Under the pieces are notes generated by a model. That model worked only from the letters and a program-made list of their open reading frames with translations, did no database searches and was not told the origin of the DNA. Both the position numbers and the translations under genes were made by a program. A stretch of DNA of 64,000 nt from Hypanus sabinus (lineage: Eukaryota): assembly GCF_030144855.1 (NCBI RefSeq), contig NC_082712.1, positions 136,772,001 through 136,836,000 of the forward strand, given 5' to 3'. Each line of letters opens with the position of its first letter. Positions within the stretch are counted from its first letter, which is position 1. Shown here piece by piece: positions 61,905 to 64,000 of this stretch.

Positions 61905-62188
61905 TATAAAGATTAGCTTTATTTGTCACTTGTACATACATTGAAACATAGAGTGAAATGCATCAAATCAAATCAGCGAGGATTATGCTGGGCAGCCTGC
62001 AAGTGTCGCCACATTTCTGTGCCAATGTAGCATGCTTATAACTCACTGATCCTAATGCTAGTCTTAGAAATGTGGGAGGAAACTAGAGAGACCATACAAA
62101 CTCATTACAAACAGTGGTGGGATTTGAACCCTGATCATATAGCTAATCTTATAAGTGTTGCTCTAACTGCTATGCTAACATGCCGCCC
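61905..62188 (-). mobile_element. tRNA-derived SINE
   Basis: Minus strand gggcggcatgttagcatagcagtt (A-box-like) and ggttcaaatccc (B-box); LINE-like tail tgacaaataaagctaatcttt. Confidence 0.6.
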
Positions 62189-62380
62189 CAGCTATGTAAC
62201 CATAAATAAAACTCAGAACTTTTGAAATCGACTGTTACTTTAAATTTATAGGGGTATCATAAAAGTGCTTGCAATTACGTGCATAAATATTGGTGAATAC
62301 CTTCTTTGATCAAATATGCTGCAGCAGTAATTCGACAGTTTGCATAAGAAGGGGAAGAATTCATGCTTTATTATTTTTAC

Positions 62381-62737
62381 CTGAAACAGTCATGGAAGAT
62401 TTTCCTTCTCCATTGTCTGTGCCAATAAAAACAGAACAGATATAATCTCCTTCTTCATTAAATTGCACAAGTGGAAGAAAAAGAGAAGCAATTCCCTTCT
62501 TCAATTCGTTGTCAAATATTTCAGCTCCTTTTCTGTATGGTGTATGCTTTCCTCCACCGAACTGATATATTTCTTGTTTGTTAGAAGAGCCAGGTTTTTG
62601 AAAGTACCAATAAACTGCAATTCTTAAAAGGTCAATTTCATTGTCCTTGTAACCAGACACACGGCATTCAAGAAGAACATCTTTATTCACAATGGCTTCA
62701 ACAGTTCTTGAATTCATAGACACTATTAGGTCACATT
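62381..62737 (-). CDS. Gene B Ig V-set exon
   Basis: ttttacag|AATGTGAC...GTTTCAG|gtaaaa; 357 nt; LLECRV, VYWYF, KGIASLFLPLVQFNEEGDYICSV, a B7-H6-type V pattern. Confidence 0.93.
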
Positions 62738-63119
62738 CTGTAAAAATTAAGATCAAAATTATCATTAGTAAGACAATAATTTCTACTACTGGCATCTACT
62801 GTTAACTAATTATGGTTTTAAAATCCTGTAGAATCAATTAGAATTTTATTTTAAACAATGCATTTCCTCCTATAAACTGCAGAACTATTTCCCCTCTCCT
62901 TTCCCTTGACCCCCTTCCCTCTCCCTTGACCCTCTCCTCTTCCATCCCCTCCCCCACCCCTTCTCTCCCCCTCCTCCCTCAAAAATCGACTTATAGACGT
63001 TTTTAAAAATGGAATTGATTGGTTACACAGGCGTGTGCTATACTGAGATATGACATAGGATGTGAATATCAGCAGAAACAATGACAAAATACAGATGGAT
63101 ATTGTAAATATCAATGGAT

Positions 63120-63630
63120 CATGGAATCAGACATAATACAGAAAGGAGCCCTTACAACCATCCCCATCTATGCCAACCATGATGCGCATATACATTAATT
63201 TCATTTGCCTGCAATAGCCATATGCCCCTCTATGCCTTTTCTATCCAAGAACCCATGCAAACAACTTTTAAACATTGGATTTGTACCTGCCTTCACTATC
63301 TCCTCAGGTAATCTACTTTAAATAAATACCAGTCTCCATGTGGAAAGTGCTCTCTCTCAAATCTCCCCCCACCTTAAACTGACAGTAGTTCTAGAGTCCC
63401 TGTGCCCTTTTCTACAAGGTCACCTCTGTTTCCTACATTTTAGTGAGAATAAACCAATTTCTTTTTACAGCCTGCCATTCCATAGAACATCTGGTGAATC
63501 ACTTCTGTACCTACTCGATTGTTACTCCATCCTTCCTGTAATGTAGTAACCAGAACTGTGTACAATACTCTACTTGAGGTGCAAACTAACCAATGCTTTG
63601 TACAACTGCAGTTTAATGTCCCAATTCTAT
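63120..63630 (-). mobile_element. CR1 LINE 3' fragment, degraded
   Basis: ccagaactgtgtacaatactc / ccaatgctttgtacaa motif (reverse complement of LEYCVQFW); tail near 63125. Confidence 0.65.
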
Positions 63631-63633
63631 GCT

Positions 63634-64000
63634 CAGGATTTGATAAGCGATCTTGAAGTAAAGGAGCCATTAGGAGGTAGTGACCATAATATGATAAGTT
63701 TTTATCTGCAATTTGAGAAGGATAAGGGCAGATCGGAGGTGTCAGTGTTGCAGTTGAACAAAGGAGACTATGGAGCCTTGAGGGAGGAGCTGGCCAAAGT
63801 TAAATGGACGGATATCCTAGCAGAAAAGACAGTGGAACAGCAATGGCAGGTATTTTTGGGAATAATGCACAAGGTGCAAAATCAGTTCATCCCCCGGAAA
63901 AGGAAGGATTCAAAGGGGGGAAAGGGGCCACAGTGGTTGACAAAGGAAGTCAGAGATTGCATAGCATTAAAAAATAGAAGTATGACAGAGCTAAGGTGAG
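63634..64000 (+). mobile_element. CR1 LINE ORF2 segment, close relative of the 13040-17430 copy
   Basis: Nearly collinear with 15115-15480 (VKEPLGGSDHNM.SFYLQFEK); runs off the window. Confidence 0.9.

Noticed and set aside
62851-63114. Hydrophobic ORF as the gene B signal-peptide exon
   Set aside because: It starts at TTG with no in-frame ATG and has no credible phase-1 donor.

Overview
Eukaryotic (vertebrate) genomic DNA. The repeat content (CR1, Rex1/Babar, Penelope-like elements, hAT, LTR elements) suggests a cartilaginous fish, which is an inference. The window holds two tandem minus-strand Ig-superfamily genes of the B7-H6/NCR3LG1 type, rebuilt here from AG/GT splice sites with phase-1 junctions throughout. 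Gene A (8716 to <230) runs leader, V, C1, TM and continues off the left edge. Gene B (>62737 to 31583) runs V, C1, TM and then six further C1-like Ig exons placed AFTER the transmembrane exon, ending in a stop and AATAAA. That predicts a cytoplasmic array of about 685 aa of Ig domains, four of six lacking the canonical disulfide pair. This is the main candidate for an unusual system. In both genes, reading through the TM-exon donor gives a short Cys-containing tail followed by AATAAA, which could be a short-tail/long-tail switch. The introns and the ~22 kb between the genes are filled with nested transposons. These include a class I ERV pol relic, Gypsy LTRs, a near full-length CR1, a hAT, a deleted DNA transposon, MITEs, and Penelope-type elements with hammerhead ribozyme cores. 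No rRNA, bona fide tRNA or CRISPR array is supported. All family assignments come from motif recognition by eye, not from database searches.
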